From the NCBI GenBank assembly GCA_030141605.1, contig JAQGDQ010000279.1:1-64000 (forward strand): a stretch of 64,000 bases of DNA, written 5' to 3'. The notes below the pieces were generated by a model. The model saw only the letters and a program-made list of their open reading frames with translations, did no database searches and had not been told where the DNA came from. The position numbers were made by a program, and so were the translations under genes. Below are positions 13,030 through 26,770 of the stretch, piece after piece (position 1 is the first letter of the stretch; every line of letters begins with the position of its first letter). Source of the stretch: Tubiluchus corallicola. Its lineage: Eukaryota; Animalia; Priapulida.

Positions 13030-13845
13030 TTCGATGCATACAGTTTGAGCCTAGAAGCATAGCTTGACAGGCCAAACTGTACGTGGAGATCTTAAAAAAT
13101 GATTAATAATTGAAATAATGAATAATGATAATATATATACATAAAAGTGGGGGGAGTAGTGAATGAAAGATGAAATGGAGCGAGAACTAAGAAAAACTGT
13201 GATCATGATTATAAAGTGTTCAGTAACCTGTTGAGCATAGTCACGTTATATTAAGATTACTGTGGAAAAAGAATGCAGGTTATTACCATTATCAAATTGT
13301 GTTACTCTTAATACTTTTGAAATATTTCTTTTCTGACGGTTTTTTTAAAAGTTGAAATGGAGTGACTACATTTCGAATTGCGGCTTAGTTTGTTCCATAG
13401 GACTGGTCCCATATAGCTAATGAAGTGTTTCGCCATATTTGTTCTACAACGTCTTGGTATATATTCATTATGTCTGGTATTGTATTTTTTTACATTTATC
13501 TTGACTGGATTTTCAAAAAAAGTTTGAAATAAGTTGTTGTTGGTTCTATACATGTATATACATCCATTAAAATTAATAACATCATCCAGAAGTAATATTT
13601 GGCATTGCTTAAAATGTGTAGTAGTAATTGTGCTCCTTTGTCTAGTATGAAGATGACATGTAAAAATTTTCATTGTAAAACTCTTAAGCATTCTAAATTT
13701 GTAGTATAAGTAAAGCCCCATAATGTTGTGCAGTAATTTAAATATGATAATATTAAACTGTTGTATAATGTTAGAAGATGTTCGGTTTTCAGAAAGTTTT
13801 TAATATATGAAATAATACCTATATTTTTTGATATTTTCAATCTGA
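13030..13845 (-). mobile_element. 5'-truncated CR1/L2-type LINE: ORF2 C-terminus plus 3' UTR
   Basis: The minus strand encodes KISKNIGII...LYNSLILSYLNYC..WG, then after frameshifts KYNTR...RTNMAK..ISYMGPVLWNKL...SISTFKK. A 3' stem-loop ACAGTTTGGCCT...AGGCTCAAACTGT lies at about 13040-13080. Confidence 0.85.
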
Positions 13846-14929
13846 TATATTACATACATACATAGATAGAATTTGTAGAAGTATAGAATAAATGGAAGCG
13901 TAAACAAACCCGCAACTAATCTAGGTAAATCCAGTGCAAAAATTTTTGATAAACATGTAATTTACTTGTAAATGGAGATGATACCACTGCAATTTTTTGG
14001 TGGTGAGAATTGTAAACGGGTAGTTATGTTGTACTCTAATGTTAATTGTTATTTTTATAGATTAGTAACAATTTTGTGACAAGTCTTGTAAAGTAATGTC
14101 TTACTAGCAATGATTGTTTACAACAAAGTTATTATAGAGACTTTTATTTTTCCAACTTTTTTCACATTTGTAAATAAATCTTTAATAACACTGTTACCTT
14201 GTGTATGGACAATATCTGTAAACAATTTTTTGAAAAATTGTTGCATTTTGATGTCACGATAGCTTTACGTATTTGGCACACAATTCTATGCACAAAGTAA
14301 TCATTTCAAAATAATTTATTTTGATTCAACAAATTGTGTCATTTACATAAACACTTGTTCTTCAAACAATAACAAGTCACACTACACAACAACTTTGTGA
14401 ATGCAAACAATGCCACTAACTAAAACACTGTTAAGGCACACCATTATATAACTACATTTATTGTTAATACTGAAAATGACCCTATATTTTCATAATTTGC
14501 AATTTTTATGTAAAAATTTCACGACTGTAGAGCGAACAAATTTGATAACTATAACAGCAACCTTACCCCAGTACCTTACTCTCTGCAAAACGATGCCCAT
14601 TTATTCTGAAGGTACAGAAAAGTTTTGGAGTGGTTCTTGTCCTAGTGTCGTGAAAAATTCCCATTTCTGTAAATGTGTTTGTAACAATGAACCAGCAGCT
14701 TTGAAGGACCTGCTAGGAATTTTGAACTTTTTGCAAGGTTACTAATCAATCGTTTCTTCATTTGAAATCTCCTTGTTTCCATCTACAACAACAGTCATGC
14801 ATTCTACTACAGAGAATAAGTTCTTGAGTTCACAATTTGGATCCTATGTTAGGATCATTAGGATTACTCAGCCCGTAGTGAGCAAAGCAGGTCCTTATAA
14901 CTCAACAACGAATTCAACATTTTCAGATT

Positions 14930-14990
14930 ATCTGGACCCAAAAGTTTCTGGTTCAAATCCGAGCTGAACCTTCACATTTTCATATTTCCT
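14930..14990 (+). repeat. Degenerate tRNA-like (B-box) fragment
   Basis: CAAAAGTTTCTGGTTCAAATCC contains a B box and closely matches the right arm at 59694-59715. Confidence 0.5.
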
Positions 14991-15814
14991 ATCAGACAAG
15001 TATGGCTTCAGAAAATCAGTAACTGTAGCGTTGCTCTCATTCTATCATTAATAAGCAATCTTGAAATTAGCATTCTATCATAAATAACCACTTCCCTTTG
15101 TTGTGCCTGCTGTAGCATAGCAAAAACATTATAGCACAGCAAAGTGAAACTAATCAGAGTTTCGAGTCATTTAGTCTGGCCAGTAAATGGATGAGCGACC
15201 ATCAAAGAAGCTGTTTCTGGTTGTTTACCTCATCTAAAAGAACTATCCCTGCCATTTTAGTTTCTCAGTCTAGAATAATTCCTGATAATGAATTACATTC
15301 CAGTCCTTCCAAAGGGACACATGCGGATCTTGCCAATAAGTGACAGTTCCAAGGTGCCTAATTGTGTAAAGAAAAGTACTGCTAGTTGAAAACCTGCCAG
15401 TACTTCCAAAACAAAAATACATTTGCTGAAATTAACCACTTTACTGTTGCGTGATGAGAATCTTTCATCTTGAGAATGGTATTCTGCCTGCGCTTTATGA
15501 CGAGACTGTACCACCGTGCTTAGCATGCAAATTAACTGACATATATGACAGATGCAATAATACCTGCACATGTCAGCTACACTTCATAAATCAGGCTGTG
15601 AAAATAAACAGTGCTGCTGTCACTTGTTGGTTAAAAATTTAATACATAGGTCACAAATGCCTATAGCCAAAGACATGGACAAAGCTTGCAGAAAAGATTG
15701 CTGTTATTACTGAATGTCCCCTGTAGTCTGCTGTGTAGTGACGTCTGTTTTCTACCTCATATTTTGCAAGATGCTTTGAATTATATCACACAAAACTAAA
15801 CTATTTTTGAATGA

Positions 15815-16000
15815 CACAATGGCGATGGTGTTGATGAAAATGGTGCTCGTGATAGTGGTGGTGGCAGCAGTGGAAATTATGAAGAATGTCAACAGCTGTG
15901 GTGGTGGCAATTGTAGTTGTGACAGTAAAACGACAGATGGTGATATAGCAAACGTTGCAGTAATCTGCAGCCTGTAGTAGCATCTGTAGCAGTAGCAACT
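15815..16000. repeat. Degenerate trinucleotide low-complexity tract (GGT/GAT/GCA/GTA)
   Basis: Visible 3-bp periodicity, which gives a spurious His/Thr-rich ORF. Confidence 0.65.
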
Positions 16001-16139
16001 TTTCCTTTTCTTAAAATATTGCCTTAAGTCAGCTGCAATACAAGTTGCGTAGCAGTGAAGAGGTTAAACAGCTTTGTGTGACTTGAAATTCTGGGCACAT
16101 CATAAAACATGTTTAAATACAGCGCACAAACATTTGATG

Positions 16140-16570
16140 TAGGGTTGCTACCTCATTACGAACTGAAATCCGGAGCTACCTACAGACATTTTACGGGGCC
16201 TTTTTCAGATACATAATCAACAAATTAATATCACCATGCAGTACATATTTAGACTCTATAAAGAAGCCCTAAATCTAAAACTTATAAGCAGTACGCCTAT
16301 TTGTTTTTGCAGTTCCTTCTCAGTCCCATTACATTTCTCACATTTGTTTATTTTTTTTGAGATATTTCTAGTGATCAAATTATGATGAACTTTATATCAT
16401 GTAAATGAATGCTAAATCTTCTCCTCCATGCTTTTTTTGTTTTTACTTACATGTCAAAGCCACAGTCAAAATCAGGAGATTTCAGAATGTTTGCAAAATC
16501 CGACTGAACTACGGGATCTATGGCCCAATTTCAGGAGACTCCAGGCCAAATCAGGAGTGGTGGCAACCCA
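16140..16570. mobile_element. hAT-like MITE
   Basis: Ends are TAGGGTTGCTACC and GGTGGCAACCCA, with subterminal AAATC(A/C)GGAG repeats. The 8-bp flanks are diverged (ATTTGATG / ATTTGTTA). Confidence 0.65.
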
Positions 16571-17395
16571 ATTTGTTATAATGCTATACAAGCCACAATG
16601 AAACAAGTTACATTACAAAACCAATAACAAATGATGTACATAAAATTATTATTACTTGCATCGTATAACAACTTGAAATTAGACTAGAATCATATTTCCT
16701 CTAACAAGTAACAAAAGAGGCATTTTACATTACACAATCAAAGACAAACAGCTTATGAATCATCGAGCCTAAATCACTAATTTCAAACTTCTAAATAATA
16801 TTGTTATTTTAGCAGTCAACCACTTTTGCAATACTATTTTGCACATAATGATCACATTGTACAAAAAACAGATCTAATTTTTCTCATAAAAATTAAATAT
16901 CTGACTTTGTGGAATTGCTTTACAGCAATCTTAATGCAAAAGAATGATGATGCAATAGCTGTAAACCGTAAGGAAGCAAGTCATTGAAAAAAGGGAAGTG
17001 TCTCTTTACTAGAGGCATGCATTTAAAAGGCAGACATTACAAATCATGTTCACCATGTTTTAAAGCTTTTAAACTACATTCGATGATCATTACAATGGGG
17101 AAGCCACAACACAAGCAAATCTATCGTGAACATATTGGCTGGAATAAATGCAGATGCAGGATGTTTTGCTTGCACAAACACACACAGGACTGGTTGGTTT
17201 TCTTTTACATGACGAATCGAAGGCCCAGTTATCAGCACTATCACGCTGAAGTGAAGCAAGCTACTTTGGTGACATCACAACTAAATCACCATAAATTAAC
17301 ATCGGTCTCGCATAGGCAATAATGATTAGATCACGTCTTCCACATCATCATTATCATAGCCTCATCAGGAAGCACAAATCCAACCACATTATTAG

Positions 17396-20300
17396 CTACC
17401 TGTCGCCATCAGCATCCGACTGAAACATTGGTATTCGTCGCACGATTTTCTGCATCAGGTCGAAGGTCGTGAAGCTAATGCCGACAGCTATGGGGCCCTT
17501 GATCCAGTTCATGCTTAATCCCTTGTATAAACCACCAATCACACCCTCGGTTTTGACGACAAATTTTAACGTCGACCATATAGTGCTGTATTCGTTTAAA
17601 GTACTTAGGCTAGCGGTTTGCATCCGCCGCCGGACAATGTCCAATGGATAAGAGGCAGACTGACCACACAGACCAGCACAGGCACCGAAGGCTAACCGCT
17701 CGATTGGCTGCGGTTCTTTTCTACCAGAATATTCTGCAACGAAAGCACACTGTTTAAACAGTGGATTACTTAACTTTGGAAATCTAAGCACTAAACAGAA
17801 AGAAAAACCAAAAATGATTTTGATGGAGACTCTACAAAAACTGCTGACCTGTTTGACCAACAAATATTCCTCACCGCTGCAGGTCAACCCTTGTTAAAGT
17901 GAATCAGGGAATCAGTTTTTAACAGTTGCTGCTACCCATAAATATCAGGGATGTTACCGAAACTGAATTTACAAACTGAAACCGAAATTTATGAAACATA
18001 GGAAACCGATACGGAAACAAAACTGAACCTAAACATTTTTACAACTACTATTAAAACAGAAAAAAAGATAATTCTAACATAAGTAAAATACTTTGGTTTT
18101 GTTTGTTTTTATTTGTTGTGATGCAAAATTACAGATAAAAAATTCTAATACAAAAAGGACAAGGGAGTTTTATAGTATGGAATCTCAAGTCTGATGAAGT
18201 GGTTAACCTTAGAAAATGTGTTATAATGTTTTTGGATTTAAGTATCTGTATTTATTAATGTTTAAAGATGAAAATGCTTCATTAAAAATAAACAAATTTT
18301 GTTTTGTAGATATTTTCCAGTGTACATTTCATAAATTATAATGTGATTTTGTTCAAGTAAATTCAAATGTGGTTTGATATTTCAGTTGAGTGGGCCTGGA
18401 GAACTTCAGTGGTCGGCACTGGAGATACACCCACATTGCCAGTAAAAGCTCATCACAAACTGTTATGTAAACGAAATTTTCGCTTTATTTGAACTAATTT
18501 AGCCAAGATTTTTCAGCGGTTTTTGACATCTAGGAGAGAAAGAAACAAAACTGAGTAAATACTAATAAAACCATGGAAAAATGCTACTGAAAATTATCTG
18601 AAATTTCTGCTACAAAATTTAATAAATTTCGCCAAAACCGCAACCAAAAGTGCAATTATCAGCAAACTGAAGCGTAATATCCCTGGTAAATATGTGATGT
18701 TTCCACGAATTTTAACTGATTTTCATGCAAACTCGAAAGCAATTACCAAAAAGTATTTCTTTTTAATTTTATGAAGTCATTCATTTATAAATAAATTTAC
18801 AAATAAATGTTGAATCATAACTTAAAAATTATAAATTACAACACTGTTCCCTTTTCGCTTTGGAAACTTTTTTAATAGATGACTTTTCCAACATAAATGC
18901 AAAATTCGTTTAACTTATAAAACAAAAAATGTTTATTAGTGTATTCTGCTGTCATTTTATCTAAAATGTAATGTAATAATATTTGCTGTCATAAATACTG
19001 CCCAAAACAAGACACAGAGGAGAAATGCAGAACTGAAACATAATGGCATTGTTACACTCATTTCTAATTTATTTGAATCAAAGTGAACCAAATCTTTAGC
19101 AAAACGTAACAATATCTCTATCTGACACAATTCAAATTCACGGGGACAACTCTTGTTAAGCAACTTAGAGACACTGCGTATTTTGAGCAATGAAAAGACT
19201 TATTGCTAAGCACCACGAAGAATACTGTAATAGCGAAACACATTCGATAAATGCTCTCACAAGATGTACAAAAGTTAAAAAACTGATTGACACCTATGAC
19301 ACACACATGTACATTTAGTTGAATGAACTACAACTGCAACTTTGTAACTATAATTTTTTAAAATCTCGTAAAACAGAGCGGATAATTTAAAAAACTATAA
19401 ATATAAACCCTTAAAAACAGCATAAAGACGGAAAACGGCTTACCACCGTGAAGTTTCTTGAGCGTTTCATATGTGAAGAAGCTTGTGCCAGCATACGGAA
19501 GCACTCCTAATATGGTTGGATTAAATCCCCTGTACAATGTAAGCACTCCCTCTTCTCTTAGTATCTTGTTAAACACAGAGAACAGAGTTTTATACCTGCA
19601 AATATACATAAACATCATTTCTAATGCAAAATTTCAAAAGGTTGGCACTGAGAAGTCAGATAAGAAATGGTGCTCTTAAGAAGGAAAGAAATTTAGGAGA
19701 TATAATAATAATGTGGGAAGATTTTTAGCAGTCAGACAATGCAGTGCTCTAGCACGGTAAATTACTAATAAAACCACAGAATAATTAAAAGTTTACGATA
19801 ATAGTAAATTTAATTACTGCAACTGCATTTAACCTCATACAAATTCACAATTTACTAAATTAAATCCAAAAGTACAACTGAAATTGACAAGCCATGTCTT
19901 TATGCACTAAATTAATGTAAACTATTTCACTCAAAAACTTTTGCACTAAATATATTGCCCACAAAATGGAACACGCTCTATTCCGAAGTCACTTCACCGG
20001 TTTGAGATTACCAGGTGGTCGAATGGAAAGCAGCGTCTCAATTATTTTTGCAAAAATTGGTTTGATATTTTGCCAAAAACACAATAACCAATACAACAAC
20101 AGTACAGCACTTATGGCTACATTTAATAATACTTTTGTGCTTTGGTGACAGCCATACGAGCCCGGGCCAGATCTAGTGGATAAGTGAATGTGACTGCAGT
20201 GCCACCTGCCAGCGACCCAGCAAAGTATCTCCGCAAAGGGCTGAGATATCTAAAAACAGTAAAGAAAAAATTATTTAACAGATAGATAGTAATCATTTTC

Positions 20301-23300
20301 AGTAAACAACTGAAATAATAAATTAGTTACTGTGATTACAGCAACTGACAGCACTTTTACAATGTACATATAGCTGTTTGCCAGTAAAGATTTCTTCCAA
20401 CAACATTACTTATGACCATAAAAAAATCAGTAAAAGGTGACGACTGTGGCACAGTGGACTAAGCAGTGGCTGTAGACATTGCTTGTCTGATTAGCCAAGA
20501 ACTGTTTACAGCATAATGTAAAGCACACAATGCCAAATGTTAAATGAACTCCAGGATTTTCCTTTGACTATCGAGCAGTGTAGTCAATTGAAAATAGCCC
20601 TCGACCCTGTAATCATCACTATCACAGCAGTCTAAGCATCAACATTTAACAGTAACATATCTGTAAACACTAATATGCAAGTAGTATTAAGATTACATAA
20701 GCATGTGAAAAATACTGTACCAAAGTAAAACATATCTCACTTATTAAACAATAAAGTACTTTAGTATGAATTTCTTTTCACAAAAGGTTATTTTTTGTTT
20801 ATTTGTTTTCTTGTCTGTCTATCTAACCCTCTATCTGTTTGTTTGCTTGTATGTTTGTGTCTGCTTCTCTGCCAGTCTGTTTTCTTTGTTTGTTTGCTTG
20901 TCTATTTGTTTGTCTTCTTTGGTATTCTTTTGCTAACTTTGCCGTTCGCCTTATTACTGCTTGTCTATCTGTCTGTCTGCATGGTTTGTCGAGCTACTTG
21001 TATACTTGTCAATTTCTTTTCTGGCTTATCCATTTGCAGCACTGCAATTCATAAATGTAAAACCCTTTCAAGGCTAATAAGTTGTTCTCGTTGTTGTTAT
21101 GGTTGTTTTGTCATGCTTGTTGTTGCTGGCTGTGGTTATTCGTTGTGGTTTTAGGATTTTGTTGTTGTTCTTACTGCTGCTGCAGTTGTTCTCCTCGTTA
21201 ATGTTGTTATCAGTTTCTTTGTTTGTTTGGCTGTAGTCTTTTTGTTTGTTTGCTTATTTGTGTTATTTTCTTTGTTTGTCCGCTTGCCTGTTTGCTTGTG
21301 GCACAGTCATAATGACATCTTTACATCGACAGTTACATCTACATACTTCTAGCCGAGTGAACAAGAACAGCATACTTTGAATTGTCTGTAGCCAACACCT
21401 TCTTCCACTGTTCGTGTGCGGAGAACTGAATGGCAGCATACGGCACAACTCGTACCATGGTGGCCGTGTTCCCCCTCCATAACCGAAAGAAACCCTCCTC
21501 CTTGAAGGTTTGTACCAAAAACATCACAGCTTTGTATCCAGAAAACTTTATATTGGATACTGAAAAAAATCAGATATATTCTTTTATAATGTGAGACATG
21601 TAATGTACTTACATATACAAGCACACCATTGTTTATTTTATTATTATTTATTTCATTTATTAAAAACATCCACAACAATCATTATAGCATAGCACTTTCA
21701 AATAATTTAATTGGATATTTATTATGTAATCAAGATGCCAAGATGTCAAGTTGCAAATGACCCGTGGAGTACTCAAGAAGTAATTACTCGTTAAGAGCAC
21801 CCCAAATGAATGTGGACTAAGAAAAGTAGAAAAGAGGAAATTCTGTTACACAATTATATGTACACACATACATATATATCGGTGGCACAAAAAAGCGCCG
21901 AAATTTAGACTACAATAATACTAGAAACGAGTTGTCTACAAAGTTGAAATTTCACAGTGGGATATTACAATACCTTAACTTTTGGCTGTGAAAGTTACAA
22001 GCCATATATACATATCAGATGTTGCAAAAAAAATGCCGAAGATTATAGTAAAATAATATTAGAAGCGAGTAGTCTACAAAGTGGAAATGTCAAACAGCTG
22101 GATAGTACAATACCTAAACTTTTTTCTGTAAAAGATAGAAGTTTATAGTTTTAGTGGTTTTTAAATTATAGTTAAAAATCTTTTGCATGTTAAACAATTA
22201 AATGGCGGAACAATGTCAGCTGTAATCATCAACTGAAAAACAGCTGCTCATAAAGCACTTAATACGTGGCAGCAAAACAAGTGTTCACCACAGTAAATAA
22301 AGCACTGATAAAGATTTCTTACAAAAAAAACTGGGACTTAAAACCCTCTGAATTACGGTATGTGGAATTCCCTTAAAGAGAAAGTGTACAATGGCCGCAT
22401 TGAGCTGCTTGATACAGAGGCTCTAGAGGCAAAAATTGTTGAGTGCTGCAATCAAATATCTTTTAAAGAAGTTAAAGGAGAAACCGCGTCAGCTGCAGTT
22501 GGAATGCAAGTTTGGAGTGAAAGTGCTGGACATATAGAACATTATCTATTTTTGGCATTTATTTTTTTTTAAACTTTATAGATTTAAACCTTCTGTATTT
22601 TTAAAAAAATCTAGCAGAATGACTTAAAACTTTTGTTGTTTATACAAAAACGCCTGCAACATCAATGTGGTCATTTTCATGTGATTTTGTTATTTTCTTA
22701 TTACAAAGAAGTGATCAAAATTTCGGCACTTTTTGCTTTGTTAATTAAACCTTTCCATCCTAGCACAGATTTGCTTACAGTGAATGTAGTTTTTGATTTA
22801 CACTGAATGTACAGCATTGACCCAAGTTATGCATGTGGTTATCATAGAAAAACTGTAAAGCATTACAAATGCTCGACTGCAATTTGTATAACATGAGTAG
22901 AGTGAATGTTGAAAGTAGATTGTTACAATTATATCAAGAAAATTTATTTCCATTAGATATAAATAGTCTTAATACTCCATCTAAACTTACAACACGTCTT
23001 TCTGATAATTCCTCGCTAAATCACAATCAAAATGTTATTTCATATAGTACTGTTCAGCATTACATAGGGTCCACCAGCCATTAGGGTAGAGGTGACCATA
23101 CACGATGTCTCATTTTGTTAGATATTCTCAGACATTAACAATAGTTTGAAATTGTATTGTTATACAAAAAGGTTTTTATAATGTCATTTGTATAAGTTTT
23201 CAACTAAGCACTACAAATTACCTAAGGTATGATTGATCAGTGAACAACTGTATACCAAAGGTAGCAATAAAATAAAATAAAAAATGTTTATATAAAAAAT

Positions 23301-25339
23301 GTAGCTTTTTCAGTTCGCCTAACAACTCTTCTTTCTTATGTAAAAAATGACTTTTCCCTTCATCCTTGATTCAACCCTGACAAGGCAAATTTTTACAGCA
23401 ATATACGCATAAATTAAAACCTCATTTCTTCACATTTTAAATAAGCTAATGAATCAATAAATTAACTTTTTAACACCAAATGCTAACCTGCTAGTACACT
23501 GTGTAAATGCAGCTATCTTCAGTTCAACAGACAACTAACCAGACTAAATCAGACTCTAACAGGCCGACACATTTTACGTAAACTCAGCAACAAATTAAAA
23601 AATATATACACAACACAAAGTTACTCACTTTGGAAGTTTATTTTTGTTCTGTCCAGTGGAGCAATGACTGTTTTAGCTAATGCGCCCGCCATTGCACCAG
23701 CCATTAAAGACGTGATTACCTGATTGCGAGTTTTAATCTGCAAAATGCATTATAAATTAAGTTTAAACACCCTCTTATATCAGCGCACTGAACATAGTGT
23801 AATCACAGTGTATGTTCAAAGCTTGAAGTTAAGCAATATTCAGCTTGCCAGTAAACAAGTGAGTAACTGACGGGTAAATTAATTCTAGACAGGTTTACTC
23901 TAGCAACATGTAGTTGGCTATATTCAGACCAGGCAGTTTTTTGAACATGGCTGGTCATAATTCAACCCTGATTGCTCACCAATTAATTCAAGTTTGAAAC
24001 AGATACAAAAATCAATAACTATGAGTCCATTTTATCAATGATCAATAGCCTTCGAAGAAGAAGCTAAATAATAAAAATGTGCAAGAATAATCGATTATTC
24101 GAGCATTCAAATATTTTTTACTATTCGAATAATAAAGGACTATTTGATAATCCTATGTATATGGTACTGACCGACTATTGAATGCAACCCACTCACTTAG
24201 AGACCGAAAACCTTGGTATTAAGTCAATATCACTGTCCCAATAAAACGATCCGCCATCTTTGCTGCTGTACAGCAGAAAAACAAACAGTTGTTCCATTGT
24301 CAGCTCACTGTCTTGAGTAGAACTAATTCAGTACGAAGTTTGGTACATGCTTATTCATCCTTATGATATCAATTATAAATCATGGTATAAACACTACTCG
24401 GTCGTTAATAGGCTGATTTGACAAACAATACAATATTTTTTAGACTGCAATATATTAATCAGCATCATGCAAAATGGCAACCCTAGTAGAGTTAGCCGTA
24501 GAAAAACAAGACTGCATCTTTGCCGAAAAACAATGCTATAAAATTTAATTATTGCATTTTACATTTTAAATTAAAAAAATATGCTTTTATATTTGTCAGG
24601 CAAATATATGAACGAACAAAAAACATTATAAAACTCCTGGCCGGGTGTGTGACAAAAAAAATATTACCCAGGCGATTAGAGGAAAACAGAAGTATTTTTA
24701 CTGTCAGCCTAAGATCTATGCTAAATGACATACTGCCCACTTTCAACTTCATAGTGCAGTAACACCACAGTTTAGTCTAGAAGAGAGGACAGTTTAGTCC
24801 AGTGCATGGAAATACAAATTTCCAGCTCAGCAAGGGCTCGTGGCTCAACAATTAATATAGTTCAATTAATAATTATTTTTAATTAATATAGTTCAACCCA
24901 AACTGCTACAAGAACATGGGCGTGCACATGGGTGGAACGAAAATATCTCTATGAAACGAAATTATTCCAACAAATTTTCCTCGAATATTCAAATAACAAA
25001 TAATAAGTTATTTAAAATTCCCACTCTTAATAAATAATAAATGGTAGATTAGCCTTAGCAACAAGACTTGCTACCCTGCAAGAGTAGATTGTGTTTGCCA
25101 AAAGATCTATGCACGAACCAAATATGTCGAAACAAACGGCATGCCACCAAGTTCAAATTCATCACACTGCTGACAAACAGAAGTTCGTTAAGGCATACCT
25201 TCTTGGCTATTTGTTCATCATGCTTCTCATCTAGAATCGTCTCAACTATTGCTGGTTTCTTTATCTTCATTTCTTCATCGTCTAAGAGGTTGATGTGAGC
25301 GGACGGATCTTGCTTGATCGATGGAGGTTCTTGGATCAT
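17396..25339 (-). CDS. SLC25A42: Mitochondrial coenzyme A transporter SLC25A42 (about 346 aa)
   Basis: Exons: 25339-25199, 23737-23629, 21559-21376, 20249-20133, 19595-19444, 17733-17396 (1041 nt, in frame). Three carrier signatures are present (PLDRTK, PLDLAR, PLDIVR), plus SLC25A42-typical [27 protein letters not shown] and [25 protein letters not shown]. The start codon is the first in-frame ATG and is inferred. Confidence 0.96.
17946..18685. mobile_element. hAT-like MITE (740 bp) in the last SLC25A42 intron
   Basis: TIRs CAGGGATGTTAC and GTAATATCCCTG match at 11/12. TSD ATAAATAT / GTAAATAT matches at 7/8. Subterminal AAACTGA/AAACCGA repeats are present. Confidence 0.85.
20790..21300. repeat. 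Degenerate (TGTT/TGTC/TGCT)n and (GTT)n low-complexity tract
   Basis: Visible tetra- and trinucleotide periodicity in an SLC25A42 intron. Confidence 0.75.
21880..22735 (+). mobile_element. Tc1/mariner-superfamily relic with a duplicated left end
   Basis: Frameshifted [15 protein letters not shown]...GHIEH (transposase C-terminus) at about 22335-22545. TIR match CAAAAAAGCGCCGAAATTT vs AAATTTCGGCACTTTTTG. A TA-rich left flank is present. Confidence 0.8.
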
Positions 25340-26639
25340 GACTCCATTTCTGTCATGGCATCTATACAAAACAAAGTTACATGTCGTTATCTTAAAACAT
25401 ATTACGCGTTTGCACGTGGTGTACTTATCGAAACGTTCAAGATTTTTTAGGTGACTCAAAAATACTACAACACCCAGGATTCAGTGTTTAGAATACCTAT
25501 TTTCGTAAAATAAAATAAAATCTTATTTCTAATCCATACGTGCCACAACTGAGGTCATGTTAATCATATCAGCAAAAGTAGGCTTATGAGGCAGCGCAGC
25601 AATCGAGCAGCTAATAACTGAAAACCCGCGAATGGGCTGTTGGTGAAACAAGCCGTAATTAATGTTTTAAACCGCGCGCAACCTACCTGCAAACAAATTA
25701 ATACAATATAAAAAAAAATGTGGTGAAGGCTAGTTATTTTAATTCACTGACCTTCCTAAAATCTTCTCACATGCGTCAAACGGTCAAATTTTCTGGATTA
25801 GCGATCGTCAGTGTAAGAGAAATGTTGAAAAAGCTTTTGCAAAGGGTCAACCAGGGAGCCCGATTACTAAAGTGACTACACATTTAAAACTCTGCTGTGA
25901 CTGTGTCTGCGCCTCTTCAGTTCAGTGCTCACTCAGTGCACAGCTTAGGGAACCAATGGAGAATTAAACTAATTATAAAAACTATTTGAATATTTATTTC
26001 GTTAGTTATTAATTTTTGTCAGATTGCTTGCCTGCTTATTTGTCTGCATGTCTCTGCCTATTGCTTGGCTGTTTTGTATACTTAGTTTGCTGGATAGAAA
26101 AAGGAAAACACAGCAATTCACTTACCTTTGTGGATTATCTTTTGAAAACCATAGAAAACCTCATGTATAAAACCACAATAACGAGAAAAGCAGAGAGCCT
26201 GCAGTAAATAAACATCACTAGGCAATAAGTGTAGAATCATTTTACTTTGCACACATGGGGCCAGATTCATGTATTGATAGTTACATTGTCTTGAGTTGGG
26301 ATTTAGCAGATGGAAATATTTGACTTTAGTTCATGTAGCTGTCTTATCTTCTTAGTTGCTTCCTAGTCGCAAGTCATATGACCAGCTTTTAGGTGACTAA
26401 GTTAGATCGAATTCAAGTGGAGGACTTAAGCTGTCATTTAATCGCATACAATTAAGCTGCATCCATTTAGTGATTTAGAGCAAGACTCATTAGACAAAAT
26501 TCTGCACACCTAACTTAATTGACAGCACACCGGAAATTGTCATAACTAATTGAATAGCATTGTTTTTTCGTCTGAAAATCTTATTTTTTATTTTTTTGGA
26601 AACACTGTAAATATGAGAGCTACTAAAAGCTACTGTTCA

Positions 26640-26770
26640 TCTTTCCTGCTCTTTTCTTTTTTCCTTTCTTTCCCCTTTCTTTTCTCTTCCTTTCTTTCAT
26701 TTCCTTTTCTTTTCTTTTCTTTTCTTTAATGTCTTTTCTTTTCTTCTTTTTTCTTCTCTTCTCTTCTCAT
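26640..26770 (+). repeat. Polypyrimidine (CT-rich) tract between the divergent SLC25A42 and CALML4 genes
   Basis: About 130 nt almost entirely C/T on the + strand. Confidence 0.85.

Noticed and set aside
15070-15500. Possible RTE-like LINE remnant on the minus strand
   Set aside because: Only faint, stop-ridden hints (KLKWQG), too weak to call without a search.
20795-21154. Hydrophobic membrane-protein-like ORFs
   Set aside because: They come from TGTT/TGTC low-complexity sequence inside an SLC25A42 intron.
24250-24262. YY1-like CCGCCATCTT motif in an SLC25A42 intron
   Set aside because: A single short motif among MITE-like fragments, with no other promoter evidence.
26256-26535. Harbinger-like MITE starting GGGGCCAGATTCA
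   Set aside because: I could not find a convincing matching right end or TSD.
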